Positions 62,907-64,000 of a stretch of DNA of 64,000 bases are shown here, in pieces. The position numbers were made by a program, and so were the translations under genes. Positions within the stretch are counted from its first letter, which is position 1, and every line of letters starts with the position of its first letter. The stretch comes from Heterodontus francisci (lineage: Eukaryota), in the NCBI RefSeq assembly GCF_036365525.1, contig NW_027142279.1:310001-374000 (forward strand), read 5' to 3'. The notes under the pieces are model-generated. The model worked only from the letters and a program-made list of their open reading frames with translations, did not search any database and was not told where the DNA came from.

Positions 62907-63299
62907 CTGGCTGCTCAATTTCTGCAACCAGGTCATGGAATCATCTTGGTTAACAGCAGAGAAGGAGACCATTCGGCCCATCTTCCCCGTACTGGCTTAT
63001 TTGAAAGAACTGTCCAGTTATTGCTCTTCCCCCCACCCCCCCCCCGCTACTTCCCCATAGCCCTGCACATTGTTTCCATTCACGTGTACAATCCATTGCC
63101 TTTTGAACGTTCTTGTTCAAACTGCTTCCAACACCCTTTCAGACAGTGCTCGCCACATCATAACAACTCGCTGCTTAAATAAATCATCACTTCTCCCCCC
63201 CTCTCCCCATTAATTCATCTGCCAGTTATATTTAATCAATGTCTCTGGGTTGCCTTCTGCCTATAGAAACAGTTTCTGTCATTTACATATTTTAAAAAA

Positions 63300-63870
63300 T
63301 TCTTTGATGGGATGTGTGCATCGCTGACCGGGCCAGCATCTGCTATCCATCCCAAATTGCCCTTGAGAAGGTGGTGGTGAGCTGCCTTCTTGAACCGCTG
63401 CAGTCCATGTCGGGTAGTTACAATCACAGTCCCGTAAGGAAGGGAGTTCCAGGATTTTGACCCAGTAACAGTGAAGGAACGGCGATATAGTTCCAAGTCA
63501 GGATGGTGTGTGACTTGGAGGGGAACCTGCAGGTGGTGGTGTTCCCATGCATCTGCTGTCCTTGTCCTTCTAGGTGATAGAGGTAGCGTGTTTGGAAGGT
63601 GTTGTCGAAGGAGCCTTTGGGAGTTGCTGCAGTGCATTTTGTATATAGTCCACAGTGCTACCACAGTGTGTCGGTGGTGGAGGGAGTGAATGTTTGTAGA
63701 TGGGGTGCCAATCAAGCGGGCTGTTTTGTTCTGGATGGTGTCGAGCTTCTTGAGTGTTGTTGGAGCTGCACTCATCCCGGTAAGTGGAGATTATTCCATC
63801 ACACTTCTGACTTGTGCCTTGAAGATGGTGGAAAAGCTTTGTAGAATCAGGAGATGAGGTACTCAAGACT
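63300..63870 (-). mobile_element. CR1/L2-group LINE 3' fragment
   Basis: MSAAPTTLKKLDTIQNKTARLIG..IYKMHCSNS. Confidence 0.8.
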
Positions 63871-64000
63871 CAACGTGCTATCTGAGTGGGTAAAACTCTC
63901 CTCTCTGAGTTAGAAGGTGCCACTCCACAGACTGGAGCCAATAAAAAGGCTGACACTTCAGTGCCTGGAACGCGTTGCCAGCGGAGGTGGCAGATGCGAA

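Noticed and set aside
28800-63000. D, J or C segments, IgH/IgNAR or NAR-TCR clusters
   Set aside because: No 12-RSS, FGxG/WGxG J motif or C1-set exon found by eye; GGTTTTTGT at 30322 and 48101 lack a correctly spaced heptamer.

Overview
Eukaryotic, repeat-rich DNA from a cartilaginous fish, most likely a shark. The taxon call rests on HE1/V-SINE, DeuSINE, CR1, L2, RTE and Penelope fragments. From ~28.8 kb to 63 kb the window is a germline T-cell receptor V-segment array, best assigned to TCR beta. It has 12 full-length leader+V-exon genes, each followed by a heptamer-23-nonamer RSS: 10 look intact, one has a frameshift, and one has lost Cys23 and has a degenerate RSS. There is also a 5'-truncated V relic with an intact RSS and an orphan leader. 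One V (28884-29376) is inverted. By recalled sequence, the two expanded families resemble the two mammalian 'outlier' V-betas: TRBV30/Trbv31 (ending CAWS) and mouse Trbv1 (ending C[AT]CS). Most V units carry a co-oriented CTCF-like motif downstream of the RSS, and after the last V this motif is amplified into an 8 x 45-bp tandem array. No D, J or C segments were seen. The first 14 kb is a 23-bp satellite that hides tandem Ser/Thr-rich exons, which splice in frame to the terminal exons of an unidentified + strand gene. The 14-28 kb interval is mostly retroelements, minisatellites and an inverted duplication. All homology statements are from memory and need database confirmation.
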